DNA of 64,000 bases from Flavobacteriales bacterium (lineage in GTDB: Bacteria > Bacteroidota > Bacteroidia > Flavobacteriales > UBA7312). Shown here piece after piece: positions 35,021 to 45,546 of the stretch (position 1 is its first letter; each line of letters starts with the position of its first letter). The stretch covers positions 1,490 through 65,489 of the forward strand of contig JASJHQ010000049.1 of NCBI GenBank assembly GCA_037625715.1. Reading direction: 5' to 3'. A model generated the notes under the pieces. That model was given only the letters and a program-made list of their open reading frames with translations. It was not told the DNA's origin and ran no database searches. The position numbers were made by a program, and so were the translations under genes.

Positions 35021-36751
35021 ATGAAAATAAATAAGAGTTTAATTATTGTTTTTTTATTAGGGATTAGTCAATTGGTTGGTGCTCAAAACCACCCTTTTTA
35101 TTCTCTAGAAAAAGCTAAAAAAAACGTAGAGTTTGATGTTGTAAAATACCAAAGTTTCTATTTTGAGGGTTTGCGCCTTAAAACCTTAGGTGATTTTGAT
35201 GGTGCTTTAGAACAGTTTATGGCTTGTTTGTCTATGAATGGAAAAGACGGCTCTATAATGTACGAAGTGGCATACATATATATGCTCACCAATCAGGCCG
35301 AACAAGCATTGTTTTTTATAGAAAGTGCTTGTCAAATCGAAAGTGAAAACGTCTGGTACCAACAACTATTAGCTTCTGCCTTAGTAGAAAACCAGAGCTA
35401 TAGCAAGGCAATTACAGCTTATGAAAAGCTTCTAGAGCTCGATCCTTTCAACCAAGATTGGTTTTTCGAAATAGCAAGATCTTACCTACTTAGTGGACAA
35501 CCAAAAAATGCAATCAAAACTTACAATCGTTTAGAAAAAGTAATCGGATTAAATGAACTTCTAATTCAGCAAAAGAAAAACATCTTGCTTGATATTGGCG
35601 ATAAGAAAGGTGCTATAACAGAGATAAATAAATGGATCAAATTGGATTCCACTAATTTAGACGCCCTTAACGAATTAGCCCAGATTTATTCCTTAACCAA
35701 CAATAGCAAGGGAGAAACAAAGACCCTAGAAAAAATACTTAGAATTGATCCTCTAAACGGAACAGCATTGCTTATTTTGTCGGACACTTATCGTTTAAAT
35801 GGAGAGTCTGAAAAAGCATTCGAGACAACTAAAAAAGCATTTCAAAGTACTACATTAAGCATAGACTCTAAGATGAGAAGACTGCTTTCTTATTATGAGC
35901 TTGGAACTGACACTACAACCTTAAAGTTTGCATTCGAATTAATTGATGTCTTAAAAGAGATACACCCTACAGACGCCAAGCCTTTTACTATTGCGGGCGA
36001 TTATTACTATAGGTCAAACGATAATAATTTAGCCGCTTCTAATTTCGAAAAAGCATTGGAGTTAGATCCTAGTAGATATCCTATTTGGCAGCAGCTTATG
36101 ATTATTTATTTTGATTTTGAGGATTATGAAAAAGTAGCAAGTTTAGCGGATAGATCTTTAGAGCTTTTCCCAAGTCAAACTACTGCCTATTATTTTTCTG
36201 GCTTAGCAAATTTGCAATTAAAAAATTACGATAAATGTTTAGAAACTCTAGAAAATGGTTTGTTTTTCATCGTAAATAATAATCCGCTTAAAGGCCAGTT
36301 TTACACCGCCATTGGCGATGCTTATCACGGACAGGAAAACCACGAAGAATCAGACAAAGCCTACTCAAAGGCCTTAGAAATAGACCCTAATGACACTTAT
36401 GTTCTGAATAACTTTAGTTACTATTTATCTTTACGTTCTGAAAATCTACAGCAAGCATTATCTATGATGAAAATTTGTGTAGAACAAAAGCCGGGAGTTT
36501 CTTCTTATCAAGACACATACGCTTGGGTGTTTTTTAAGTTAAAAGATTACGATAACGCTCAAATATGGCTTAAAAAAGCAATAGAAAGTGGAGGAGATAG
36601 TAGCCCTACAATTGTAGAGCATTATGGCGATGTTCTTTACTTTCTTAACCAAAAGGAAGAGGCCTTAAAGCAATGGATAAAAGCAAAAGAACTAGGCCTT
36701 GAATCGCCTATTTTGGACAAAAAAATACAAGATCAGAATTGGTATGAATAA
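35021..36751 (+). CDS. tetratricopeptide repeat protein (exported)
   Basis: Signal peptide plus many 34-residue TPR units (A..Y.KALELDP recurring). Confidence 0.8.
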   Translation: MKINKSLIIVFLLGISQLVGAQNHPFYSLEKAKKNVEFDVVKYQSFYFEGLRLKTLGDFDGALEQFMACLSMNGKDGSIMYEVAYIYMLTNQAEQALFFIESACQIESENVWYQQLLASALVENQSYSKAITAYEKLLELDPFNQDWFFEIARSYLLSGQPKNAIKTYNRLEKVIGLNELLIQQKKNILLDIGDKKGAITEINKWIKLDSTNLDALNELAQIYSLTNNSKGETKTLEKILRIDPLNGTALLILSDTYRLNGESEKAFETTKKAFQSTTLSIDSKMRRLLSYYELGTDTTTLKFAFELIDVLKEIHPTDAKPFTIAGDYYYRSNDNNLAASNFEKALELDPSRYPIWQQLMIIYFDFEDYEKVASLADRSLELFPSQTTAYYFSGLANLQLKNYDKCLETLENGLFFIVNNNPLKGQFYTAIGDAYHGQENHEESDKAYSKALEIDPNDTYVLNNFSYYLSLRSENLQQALSMMKICVEQKPGVSSYQDTYAWVFFKLKDYDNAQIWLKKAIESGGDSSPTIVEHYGDVLYFLNQKEEALKQWIKAKELGLESPILDKKIQDQNWYE

Positions 36752-37493
36752 GGCTGTTTTAATAGTATTTTCTTTATTTCTTTTTTCGGCTTGCTCCACC
36801 TTGAAAAAATCAAGCTCTAGTGCACTGCCTTATAAGTCCAATACTTTTCTAGTTAAGAAAAGCCAGCAAAACAATCTAAATTACCAATGGTTTTCGGCAA
36901 AGATGAGTGGAACCGTTTTTGTAAACGAAAAGGCAATTCCTTTAAATGCAAATATTAGAATGCAAAAGGATAGTGTTATTTGGATTTCAGCAACTGCTCT
37001 GTTAGGAATAGAGGCCGTTCGTTTATTAATAACTCCTGATAGCTTTAAGATGATTAATCGACTAAACTCGACTTATATATCGTCGGATATTTCCACGCTT
37101 TCTAATCGTTTCGGAGTTAACTTTTCTTTTTACGAACTCCAAAACAAACTTTTAGGTGATTTAGATTTGGAGCAATTAAAATGGAAAAGCACTAGCGATA
37201 GCACAAATTACATACTTGCAAACACTACTAAGGGCAAACAAACACAAGCAACTCTAAATCCATCATTTTTTGCAGTTCAATGGAGTCAAGACCAATTGCC
37301 TAAAAACAGTATGTTGTTAAATTATTCTAATTTTACCTCCTTTGAACAGGGCTCTTTGCCTTTAAAAGTTTCTTTAAATATTAAGCAAGAAGAAAAAAAA
37401 ATGCGGTTAAAGTATAGCTACTCTAAGATAGTTTTAGACCAAAAGAAAAAAGTTAAGTTTACAATTCCCAAAGGATATGAGCCAGCACTTTAG
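36744..37493 (+). CDS. DUF4292-like lipoprotein (LolB-like fold family)
   Basis: The lipobox MNKAVLIVFSLFLFSACS starts at ATG 36744 and overlaps the TPR gene stop (ATGAATAA). Size and position between the TPR and EnvC-like genes match the conserved Bacteroidota cluster. Family name from memory. Confidence 0.6.
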   Translation: MNKAVLIVFSLFLFSACSTLKKSSSSALPYKSNTFLVKKSQQNNLNYQWFSAKMSGTVFVNEKAIPLNANIRMQKDSVIWISATALLGIEAVRLLITPDSFKMINRLNSTYISSDISTLSNRFGVNFSFYELQNKLLGDLDLEQLKWKSTSDSTNYILANTTKGKQTQATLNPSFFAVQWSQDQLPKNSMLLNYSNFTSFEQGSLPLKVSLNIKQEEKKMRLKYSYSKIVLDQKKKVKFTIPKGYEPAL

Positions 37494-38730
37494 ATTAATA
37501 TTTTTATTTTTTTTGCTGGCAAGCCTTTCTGGCTTCAGCCAGAACAAAGAAGAGCTTCAACAAAAAAAGGAGCAGCTTCAGAAAGAAATTAGTCATACCA
37601 ATACTTTGCTTGAAGCGGCAAAAAAAGATAAGGTACAGTCCGTTAATACTTTAAGAACGCTTCAAAGAAAAATTGAAAATCGAACTAAAATTATTTTAAC
37701 AATTGAAATTGAACTATCCATATATAGCGATAGAATTAATCAGTTAAAATCTCAAATAGATAGCACCCAAATTAACATTGAGAATAGGGAAAAAGAGATC
37801 GTAACTTTAAAAGAAGATTACGCTAAGATGATTTCTTACTCTTATTACAATCGTAATAGCCATAGTCGTTTGGCATTTGTTTTTTCTGCACAGAGCTTTT
37901 ACCAAGCTTTCAAACGACTTAGTTACCTGCAGGAATATAGCTCTTTTCGAAGAGCTCAAGCTGAGCAAATCTCTAAAGCAGAAATGCAGCTTAAAGAGGA
38001 GCTTATGCTTTTTAAAACTCAAAAGGCATTAATAGCATTAGAAAAAAATCTAAAGAGTAAAAATCTAAGCCAATCTATAGACGAACAAGAGTTGCTTGCA
38101 ATAGAAAAAGCTCAGCAAAACAACCTTGTTTCTTCCTTGAAGAGAAAAGAAAAACAACTTCGCACCCAGCTTGATGTAAAGCAGAAAAAAGCTAAGGCAC
38201 TTAACGCTCAGATTCGAAAAATTATTGAAGAAGAAATACGCTTAGCTAAAGAGAATTCGAAAAAGTCAGGAAACGTAAATTACGAAATGACACCTGAGCA
38301 ACAAATGCTTGCAGATAGCTTTACCCAAAACAAAGGAAATCTTCCTTGGCCTGTCGAAAGAGGTGTTATTGTGGAAAGTTTTGGAATACAAAAACATCCT
38401 GTTCTTCGTGGTATTGAGACCTTTAATAATGGAATAAAGCTAAGCACCGAAAACGCTTCTTTTGTAAGGGCTGTTTTTGAAGGAAAAGTATCTAGAATTA
38501 TTAGCATTCCTGGTGCGGGAAAAGCGTTAATTATAAATCATGGAGATTATTTTACGGTTTACTCTAACCTTAGCGACGTACTAGTTAAGGCGGGAGAAAC
38601 GGTAGAACTGAAGCAAAATTTAGGCGTTGTTATTACTAATAAAAAGACCAAAGAAAGCATCACTGAATTACAAATTTGGAAAGGCGATGAAAAACTTAAT
38701 CCTTCTGATTGGCTTTTCAAGGCTTACTAA
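37477..38730 (+). CDS. EnvC-like murein hydrolase activator / M23 (LytM) domain protein with long coiled coil
   Basis: Signal peptide, about 250 aa of Q/K/E-rich coiled coil, and a C-terminal LytM-like domain (GIKLSTENASFVRAVFEGKVSRI...GKALIINHGDYFTVYSNL). Confidence 0.8.
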   Translation: MSQHFRLIFLFFLLASLSGFSQNKEELQQKKEQLQKEISHTNTLLEAAKKDKVQSVNTLRTLQRKIENRTKIILTIEIELSIYSDRINQLKSQIDSTQINIENREKEIVTLKEDYAKMISYSYYNRNSHSRLAFVFSAQSFYQAFKRLSYLQEYSSFRRAQAEQISKAEMQLKEELMLFKTQKALIALEKNLKSKNLSQSIDEQELLAIEKAQQNNLVSSLKRKEKQLRTQLDVKQKKAKALNAQIRKIIEEEIRLAKENSKKSGNVNYEMTPEQQMLADSFTQNKGNLPWPVERGVIVESFGIQKHPVLRGIETFNNGIKLSTENASFVRAVFEGKVSRIISIPGAGKALIINHGDYFTVYSNLSDVLVKAGETVELKQNLGVVITNKKTKESITELQIWKGDEKLNPSDWLFKAY

Positions 38731-38742
38731 AAGAAATTTCCA

Positions 38743-38750
38743 TATTTTTG
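38743..38750 (+). promoter_or_regulatory. candidate -7 box (TATTTTTG) for tatA
   Basis: TAnnTTTG match 22 nt upstream of ATG 38773. Confidence 0.45.
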
Positions 38751-38772
38751 TATTAACTAATTTTTACACAAA

Positions 38773-38952
38773 ATGACTTCAAATCTATTTTTATTTGCTT
38801 TTGGTGGCCCAGAGATTTTCTTAATTGTTGTAATTGTTCTTATCTTGTTCGGAGGTAAAAAGATTCCTGAATTAATGAAAGGTGTTGGTAAAGGCATGAA
38901 GGAATTCAAAAATGCTAGTAAAGAAGAAAATCAAGAAGACAAAAACGATTAA
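38773..38952 (+). CDS. tatA: twin-arginine translocase subunit TatA/E
   Basis: Hand-translated 59-codon ORF, below the track cutoff: [59 protein letters not shown]. It has the canonical TatA TM helix, the LFG.KK.PEL hinge and an amphipathic helix. Confidence 0.85.
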   Translation: MTSNLFLFAFGGPEIFLIVVIVLILFGGKKIPELMKGVGKGMKEFKNASKEENQEDKND

Positions 38953-38958
38953 TTGTCT

Positions 38959-40386
38959 ATGCAAGATTATTACTCTTTAGCATCAATTCAAAGCGATCTA
39001 AAATCTGGAAAGATTAGTTGCCATTCAATAACGGCTTCTTATCTTGATAGAATAAAAGAAAATGCACACTTAAATGCATTTGTGGAAACCTTTGATCAAG
39101 AAGCACTTTCCCGTGCTAAAGAAATAGACCAAAAAATTAAAGACAATACTGCTGGTAAACTTGCCGGCATGGTAATTGGGATAAAAGATAATATCTGTTA
39201 TCAAAACCATAAGATTTCTGCAGCTTCTAAAATTTTGGGTGGCTTTGAAAGCTTGTTTTCTGCAACCGTTGTACAAAGGCTATTACAAGAAGACGCTATA
39301 ATTATCGGGCGTCTTAATTGCGATGAATTTGCAATGGGTAGTGCTAACGAAAACTCTCATCATGGCCCTGTTTTAAATCCGATTAACAACGACTATGTTT
39401 CTGGAGGTTCTTCTGGAGGTTCTGCTGTTGCAGTTGCTGCAAAATTATGCTTAGCAACCCTAGGAAGTGACACTGGAGGATCTATTCGTCAGCCAGCTTC
39501 TTTTTGTGGTGTTGTAGGCTTTAAGCCAACATACGGAAGAGTTTCACGGTGGGGCTTAATTGCTTACGCTTCTTCTTTTGATCAGATAGGCCCATTTACT
39601 CATACTGTTGAAGACACCGCATTAATAATGGAGGTTATGTCTGGTGGTGATGATTATGATTCTACTGTTTCCACTCAAGAAGTACCTTCTTTTAGTCAAG
39701 ACTTGTCTCAGCCCGTTAAAAAATTAAAAATTGCTTATCTTAAAGACTGTTTGGAAAATCCTTCTTTAGATCCCGAGGTAAAGCAACAATCCTTAGATAT
39801 AATTGAAAAGCTTAAAGCTTTAGGCCATCAATTAGAGGCCGTTGATTTTCCATTAATAAATTACATGGTTCCTACTTATTACGTTCTAACAACTGCCGAA
39901 GCATCTTCAAATCTTTCTAGGTTTGACGGAATTCATTTCGGTTATAGAAGTAAAGAAGCAAATGATATTCCAACAACCTATAAAAAATCACGTTCTCAAG
40001 GATTTGGTGAAGAAGTGAAAAGACGTATTATGTTAGGTACGTTTGTTTTGAGTTCGGGTTATTATGATGCGTACTACACTAAAGCACAGAAAGTAAGGAA
40101 GCTTATTCAAGAAACAACCGATCAGGTGTTTGACAAATATGACTTTATTATGTCCCCTACCACACCCCATACGGCTTTTGAAATAGGTAAGAAGTCCGAC
40201 GACCCGACTACCGCTTATTTAGAAGATATATTTACAGTTCACGCAAACCTAGGAGGTTATCCTGCCATTTCTTTACCCAAGGGACAGCATTCTAACGGAT
40301 TGCCATTTGGTATTCAGTTTATGGCTCCTCAATTTAAAGACAGCAAACTTTTATCTTTTTCAAATCAAGTAATGAATGGCCTTTAG
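38959..40386 (+). CDS. gatA: Asp-tRNA(Asn)/Glu-tRNA(Gln) amidotransferase subunit A
   Basis: Amidase signature GGSSGGSAVAVAA...GSDTGGSIRQPASFCG. I prefer ATG 38959 over TTG 38953. Confidence 0.93.
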   Translation: MQDYYSLASIQSDLKSGKISCHSITASYLDRIKENAHLNAFVETFDQEALSRAKEIDQKIKDNTAGKLAGMVIGIKDNICYQNHKISAASKILGGFESLFSATVVQRLLQEDAIIIGRLNCDEFAMGSANENSHHGPVLNPINNDYVSGGSSGGSAVAVAAKLCLATLGSDTGGSIRQPASFCGVVGFKPTYGRVSRWGLIAYASSFDQIGPFTHTVEDTALIMEVMSGGDDYDSTVSTQEVPSFSQDLSQPVKKLKIAYLKDCLENPSLDPEVKQQSLDIIEKLKALGHQLEAVDFPLINYMVPTYYVLTTAEASSNLSRFDGIHFGYRSKEANDIPTTYKKSRSQGFGEEVKRRIMLGTFVLSSGYYDAYYTKAQKVRKLIQETTDQVFDKYDFIMSPTTPHTAFEIGKKSDDPTTAYLEDIFTVHANLGGYPAISLPKGQHSNGLPFGIQFMAPQFKDSKLLSFSNQVMNGL

Positions 40387-41830
40387 ATCTATCTGCTTTT
40401 TTATCCTATTCTGTTTTTTTAGTTTTGGTGTTCTTGCTAATTCTAACGACTCAACTTTTGTTGATTCTGAAAAATTAGAAATGAAATTAAACGCAGAGCT
40501 TTGGAAACAAGATTCTTTGTGGGCTATAGAGCAATTTTCTTTTCAGGATATTGAAGCAGACACCTTTTTGTTAAATGAGTTTAATTATAATAAAAACGAC
40601 ATACCTACTTTTTCGGATAGCGTTTTACAGTCTCGCTTACAGTTTCTAAACGAAAACACTCCTTTTCAACTGACCTATAATAGACACGTTAAGAGTCAGA
40701 TTGATATTTATTCTAAAAGATACAGAAGGCACGTTGCGACTATGCTAGGAAAAGCCAACTATTATTTTCCTTTGTTTGAACAGGTTCTAGATCAATACGA
40801 TTTACCTCTAGAATTTAAGTACTTAGCAGTAGTTGAGTCTGCACTAAAGCCCCATGCAAGATCTCGATCTGCTGCGACAGGACTATGGCAATTTATGTAT
40901 ACTACAGGTAAAATTTATGACCTTAATGTGACCTCATATACAGACGATAGATCTGACCCATTGAAGTCTACCATTGCAGCTTGTGAATACTTTACTTTTT
41001 TGTATAAAATGTTTAACGATTGGGAATTAGTTTTAGCAGCATACAATGGCGGACCAGGTTATGTTTCTAGAGCTATGGCAAAGTACGGTGTTGATAATTA
41101 TTGGTCTTTGCGTCCTTTTTTAAGAAGAGAAACTCAAAACTATGTGCCAAAGTTTATAGCTGTTAATTATATTATGAACTATTCTTCTGAGCATAATATT
41201 TATCCAATAGAATACCCTTACACACAAGCTTTTACCGATACTGTTACAGTAAATCAGTCTATCTCTTTTGATTTTCTTCAAGAGATTTTAGACGTGGATA
41301 TAAAAGTATTGAGAGAGTTAAACCCTATCTATAAGCGTGACCTTATTTCTGTGCCTAAAAACACAAAAGCAATGCTTACTTTACCTATTGAAAAACTATC
41401 TTTATTTATAGCGAATCAGGATACGATTTATGCTCTAAGCTCTTCCTTCCAAAAAGAATATGTTTCTGTCGATGAGCCTTTGGTTCACAGAGTAAAACAA
41501 GGCGAATTTTTAGGTAAGATTGCTTCCAAGTATAATTCTTCTGTATCTCAATTAATGAAATGGAACAATCTAAAATCAACCAACCTTAAAATTGGTCAGA
41601 AATTGGTGGTTTACGTTGATCCGAGCTCTGCTCCAAAAAGCACAAAATCTGTTAATTCAGCATCGATTAAAGAGACTACTACATATACCATAAAAAAAGG
41701 CGACACATTATGGAAAATATCCCAACAATTTGAAGGAGTAAATAGCTCAGACTTAGAAAAATTAAATAATATTTCTGCTAAAGACCTAAAGCCTGGACTG
41801 ATAATTAAACTTCCAAAAGTAAAGTCATGA
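40376..41830 (+). CDS. lytic transglycosylase (MltD-like) with two C-terminal LysM domains
   Basis: SLT motifs AVVESALKPHARSRSAATGLWQFM and AYNGGPGYV. Two LysM repeats are present (HRVKQGEFLGKIASKY..., YTIKKGDTLWKISQQF...). Confidence 0.85.
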   Translation: MAFRSICFFILFCFFSFGVLANSNDSTFVDSEKLEMKLNAELWKQDSLWAIEQFSFQDIEADTFLLNEFNYNKNDIPTFSDSVLQSRLQFLNENTPFQLTYNRHVKSQIDIYSKRYRRHVATMLGKANYYFPLFEQVLDQYDLPLEFKYLAVVESALKPHARSRSAATGLWQFMYTTGKIYDLNVTSYTDDRSDPLKSTIAACEYFTFLYKMFNDWELVLAAYNGGPGYVSRAMAKYGVDNYWSLRPFLRRETQNYVPKFIAVNYIMNYSSEHNIYPIEYPYTQAFTDTVTVNQSISFDFLQEILDVDIKVLRELNPIYKRDLISVPKNTKAMLTLPIEKLSLFIANQDTIYALSSSFQKEYVSVDEPLVHRVKQGEFLGKIASKYNSSVSQLMKWNNLKSTNLKIGQKLVVYVDPSSAPKSTKSVNSASIKETTTYTIKKGDTLWKISQQFEGVNSSDLEKLNNISAKDLKPGLIIKLPKVKS

Positions 41831-42786
41831 AAAATGCAATCCTCTTTTTTGTTTGTTTAACTTTTTTCTCTTGCTCTTTTGATAATTCTAACCCTTCTGT
41901 TTTGCCTTCTTATACAGGGGCTGTTAACGAAGTCGTACTTGTTATTGATGAGAGCCTTTGGAGTAGTGAAGCTGGTATTATATTAAAAGACGTTCTTCAG
42001 GCACCTATTGAAGGCATTTCGTGGAACGAAGCTTCTTTAGATGTTGTTCAGATTCCTAGTCAGGCTATGAGTCGTCTTTTTGAAACCCATCGTAATCTTA
42101 TTCTTGTCGAAAAAGGGACTTCTTCTAAGTTCGTTTCGGGATCAAACTTGTATTCTGAAGGCCAGTATTTTGCTAAAATTACTTATAAAACACAATCGGA
42201 CTTGCTAGGCATTTTAAAAGAATACTCTCCTGTTGTTTTGCACCAAATTCAACAAAAAGAGAAAGCAAGAATTCTCAGTAAAATGTATTTCAGTTCTAGT
42301 TTTCAGTCTTTATTTGATAAATACGGCTATCAATTAAGTTTGCCGAAAGACTATAAATTAGTTTCTGATACCACTAGTTTTAGTTGGCTTGAATATAGTC
42401 CTAAAGACAAAGAGTTGATTTCGGGCATATTTTTATATCAACTGCCAATAAAACATTGGCCAAATGCTACTTATCTCTTAGAGGCCAGAGATAGTGTGTT
42501 AGAGCAAAATGTAAAAGGAGAGCTAGAAGGTTCTTTCATGGCTCTAGAACCCCTCTATTCGGCTCAAAAGAGCTATCAAGATGATGGCCTAAACGTAAGA
42601 AGTTTGTGGAAAATGGAAAATGCTTTTATGGGTGGCCCTTCCATTACAAATTTTGTGTTAGATAGCGTAAAGAATGTTGTTTTTGTTACGGACGCTTTTC
42701 TATTTAATCCTGGTAAGAACAAAAGAAATGATCTTCAAATTTTACAAATTATTCTTGAGAGCTCTAAAAAGAAGCATTCAAACTAA
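41827..42786 (+). CDS. DUF4837-like lipoprotein
   Basis: Lipobox MKNAILFFVCLTFFSCS. The N-terminal stretch GAVNEVVLVIDESLWSSEAGIILKDVL resembles the DUF4837 family signature (from memory). Confidence 0.5.
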   Translation: MKNAILFFVCLTFFSCSFDNSNPSVLPSYTGAVNEVVLVIDESLWSSEAGIILKDVLQAPIEGISWNEASLDVVQIPSQAMSRLFETHRNLILVEKGTSSKFVSGSNLYSEGQYFAKITYKTQSDLLGILKEYSPVVLHQIQQKEKARILSKMYFSSSFQSLFDKYGYQLSLPKDYKLVSDTTSFSWLEYSPKDKELISGIFLYQLPIKHWPNATYLLEARDSVLEQNVKGELEGSFMALEPLYSAQKSYQDDGLNVRSLWKMENAFMGGPSITNFVLDSVKNVVFVTDAFLFNPGKNKRNDLQILQIILESSKKKHSN

Positions 42787-44860
42787 TTATAATATTTCTT
42801 CCAGGGCTGCTTATTCCACTAGAATATGTTTTGTAATGAACATCTAATATGTTTTCAAATGCTACTTGTACTGTTATTGTCGGGCTTATTGTAGCAATGT
42901 AACTTAGGTTAAGTGTCCACCAAGCCGGATTACCGTCAATAGTAGCCTCATCAAGATTATCGCTTCCATTTATACTGTATTCATCTGCTCTTTTCCATCC
43001 GTTATATAAACTGTAGAAGGTAGCCGAATGATTTTTTTTTGTCCACTGCAATTCACTTTTAGCAAAAATCGGAGGTATATGATCTAGCGGACTGTCGTCT
43101 TCTTGTATTACTCCAAATGTTTTATTCAAGGTATTTACCCAAGTCCATTGCTTAGAAATCTTTATGTTCATTTTACTGTAAAAACCATATACTCGCGCTT
43201 CTTGTGCATTTCTATTGGCAACAATAGGAAGGTACTCTCCATCGTAGACGATACTATCTTGGCCATTTAAAACAAATGATTGTTTGATTATTGCATCTTT
43301 AAGAATAGTGTAATATGCGCTTAGGTTCCAGCTCCAATTCTTATTGATTTTGGCGCTTAAATTCACTTCTCCATTATAGCTGTACTCTGGTTTTAACTCA
43401 TCATTAGGAACGGTAACTAAGCCTGATTTTTCGAATACCTTGGTAATGTCATCTACGTTAGGACTTCTAAATCCTGAACTTAGAGAGGCTCCTAAGTTTA
43501 TTGTTTTATTTAATGCAGTTTGCCAGCCCAAGCTTGCTGTTATAGCTTCATTTGTCACATCTATTTCGCTAAAAGGAAGAGAGTATGTTACTGTGTCGTT
43601 AAAGCTTGCCTGTACACCACTGTAGTTATACCTTAGTCCAGCACTTAGATAATTAGAACCTACTCCGTAGGGAATCTTATACTGTCCGTATACAGAAAAT
43701 AACTGCATCGCACTTCCTCCATCGGCATACCTTGTTGGGGTACCCTGATTAGCTGTTGATTCTACTAAATTGTTTTGAAAATCTAGTCCGTAGTTTAACG
43801 AATGGTATCCTAGTTTTTTTATAAAGTCGGTTGTGTTTCCAAATACTAATACGTTTTCGAATCTTTCGCTTAGGTCTGCACCGAATTTTTTTGAATGACG
43901 GCTTTCTTCAAAAGCTTGAAAAGAGGCAACATTATTAAACTCATCGAATAATTTATGTTTTTGATTATACTGAGAACTAACCGATGATAAGAATCTTTTT
44001 TGCGGACCATAATACCATTGTTCAAACTTTGGCAAACCAGCCGATTGATCGTTTAGTTTATCAAACCTGTCTAAGTTGGTTGTGCTAGAATACTGAAAGT
44101 TAAAAAGATGGCTCCAGTTTTTTGTGCCGTCGTATCGAAATTTTTGAATCAAATCAACTTGATTATAAGCCGTTTTAAGCTGCACATCTCCTTCAGTAAT
44201 ATGGGCTTCTCTACCCCAGTTTTCATAACCGTGGAATCGGTTTGCGCCCATTTTTACGTTACCATATTTATTAATAGTAAAGGCACTCAAATAGCTCCAT
44301 TTTTTTTTGCTCCAGCTATGGTCGAAATGTAGGCTTACTCCTTGGTTTACACTGCTGTATTTCTGACTGAAATTGCTTTTACTTTCTTGATTAAAGCTAG
44401 GCGACTTACTATGAATGTGAATTACCCCGCCAAGAGCATCACTTCCATATTTTACCGAAGCTGGGCCGAAAATAACGTCTAATTTAGACAGCATATTAGG
44501 ACTTGTACTTATGCTGTTTTGTAAATGTCCAGATCGGAAAATAGCATTGTTCATTCTTACCCCGTCTATTACCAAAAGCACTCTATTAGCCTCAAACCCT
44601 CTTACTATTGGACTTCCTCCTCCCGATTGACTTTGCTGGATTACTACTTCGCCAGACTTCTGTAGAATGTCAGCGGTAGTGCTTGGTAGTAGTTGGCTGA
44701 TTTTCTTCTGATCTAGCTCTATAATTTGTTGGGGATTGTAAAGGCGTTCCTCTTCTTTCTTTTCGTCTAGAAAGATTACTTCTGGCAACATATTAGGCAC
44801 CTGTATCGTGTCTTGGGCGAATAGATAAAAAGGAAAAAGGAGGAATAAAAGTTGTCTCAT
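42764..44860 (-). CDS. TonB-dependent receptor
   Basis: Signal peptide, plug motifs SGGGSPIVRGFEANRVLLVIDGVRMNNAIFRSGHLQN, a long beta-barrel and a terminal aromatic residue (NASF). Confidence 0.85.
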   Translation of the reverse strand: MRQLLFLLFPFYLFAQDTIQVPNMLPEVIFLDEKKEEERLYNPQQIIELDQKKISQLLPSTTADILQKSGEVVIQQSQSGGGSPIVRGFEANRVLLVIDGVRMNNAIFRSGHLQNSISTSPNMLSKLDVIFGPASVKYGSDALGGVIHIHSKSPSFNQESKSNFSQKYSSVNQGVSLHFDHSWSKKKWSYLSAFTINKYGNVKMGANRFHGYENWGREAHITEGDVQLKTAYNQVDLIQKFRYDGTKNWSHLFNFQYSSTTNLDRFDKLNDQSAGLPKFEQWYYGPQKRFLSSVSSQYNQKHKLFDEFNNVASFQAFEESRHSKKFGADLSERFENVLVFGNTTDFIKKLGYHSLNYGLDFQNNLVESTANQGTPTRYADGGSAMQLFSVYGQYKIPYGVGSNYLSAGLRYNYSGVQASFNDTVTYSLPFSEIDVTNEAITASLGWQTALNKTINLGASLSSGFRSPNVDDITKVFEKSGLVTVPNDELKPEYSYNGEVNLSAKINKNWSWNLSAYYTILKDAIIKQSFVLNGQDSIVYDGEYLPIVANRNAQEARVYGFYSKMNIKISKQWTWVNTLNKTFGVIQEDDSPLDHIPPIFAKSELQWTKKNHSATFYSLYNGWKRADEYSINGSDNLDEATIDGNPAWWTLNLSYIATISPTITVQVAFENILDVHYKTYSSGISSPGRNIIISLNASF

Positions 44861-45546
44861 TAGTTAAATATAGTTTCTAGCACTGGTAGTGTTTTAAGAT
44901 TAGAAAATCCTTCAATATGTAGTCGGTAATATTCTATTAATTTTTCTAAAAGAAATCGTTTGTTTTTTTTCAAAACGGAATTTCCATTTAATAACATTAA
45001 CAATGGCTCTGTTTCCTCAAAATAATGTTTGTGGGTTGGTTTGCTCAACACAAAGGTTCCGTTAATCATATCAAAATAACCTTCTTTACCGTCCAATGTG
45101 TTTGGGTAAAACCCAAGAAATGAACTTAATTGCAGCAGAAAATGTAAATGAAATTGGGCATCTAGTTCTTGAGTATCTAATGCAATCAATGACTGCCAAA
45201 TAAAATTAAATAATGGAATATTTTCCTCTTCTTCTCTCAAGCATTTTTGCAATACTTCTGCCATAAAAAAGGCAATGCTGCTTTTTTCTACCGCATAAGG
45301 TAACGATTGGTATTGGTAAAATGGTTTAGCTTCTTTAACTCTTTGTAAGGTGCTTTTTTCTTTATGATATACGGTTAAGTCCAACAAGCTTAGCGGTTGG
45401 TAATAAATGCTCTTACCTTTCTTTTTTCTAACGCCATTAATGATGTATGTCTGCAACCCAAAATTTTCGGTATATACCTTACAAATAATGCTTGTTTCAG
45501 CGTATTTGGTATTGCTTATGACTACTCCTTTAGTTTGGTGATACAT
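44860..45546 (-). CDS. recO: DNA repair protein RecO
   Basis: 228 aa. The N-terminal OB-fold region TKGVVISNTKYAETSIICKVYTENFGLQTYIINGVRKKKGK is typical of RecO. Confidence 0.85.
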   Translation of the reverse strand: MYHQTKGVVISNTKYAETSIICKVYTENFGLQTYIINGVRKKKGKSIYYQPLSLLDLTVYHKEKSTLQRVKEAKPFYQYQSLPYAVEKSSIAFFMAEVLQKCLREEEENIPLFNFIWQSLIALDTQELDAQFHLHFLLQLSSFLGFYPNTLDGKEGYFDMINGTFVLSKPTHKHYFEETEPLLMLLNGNSVLKKNKRFLLEKLIEYYRLHIEGFSNLKTLPVLETIFN

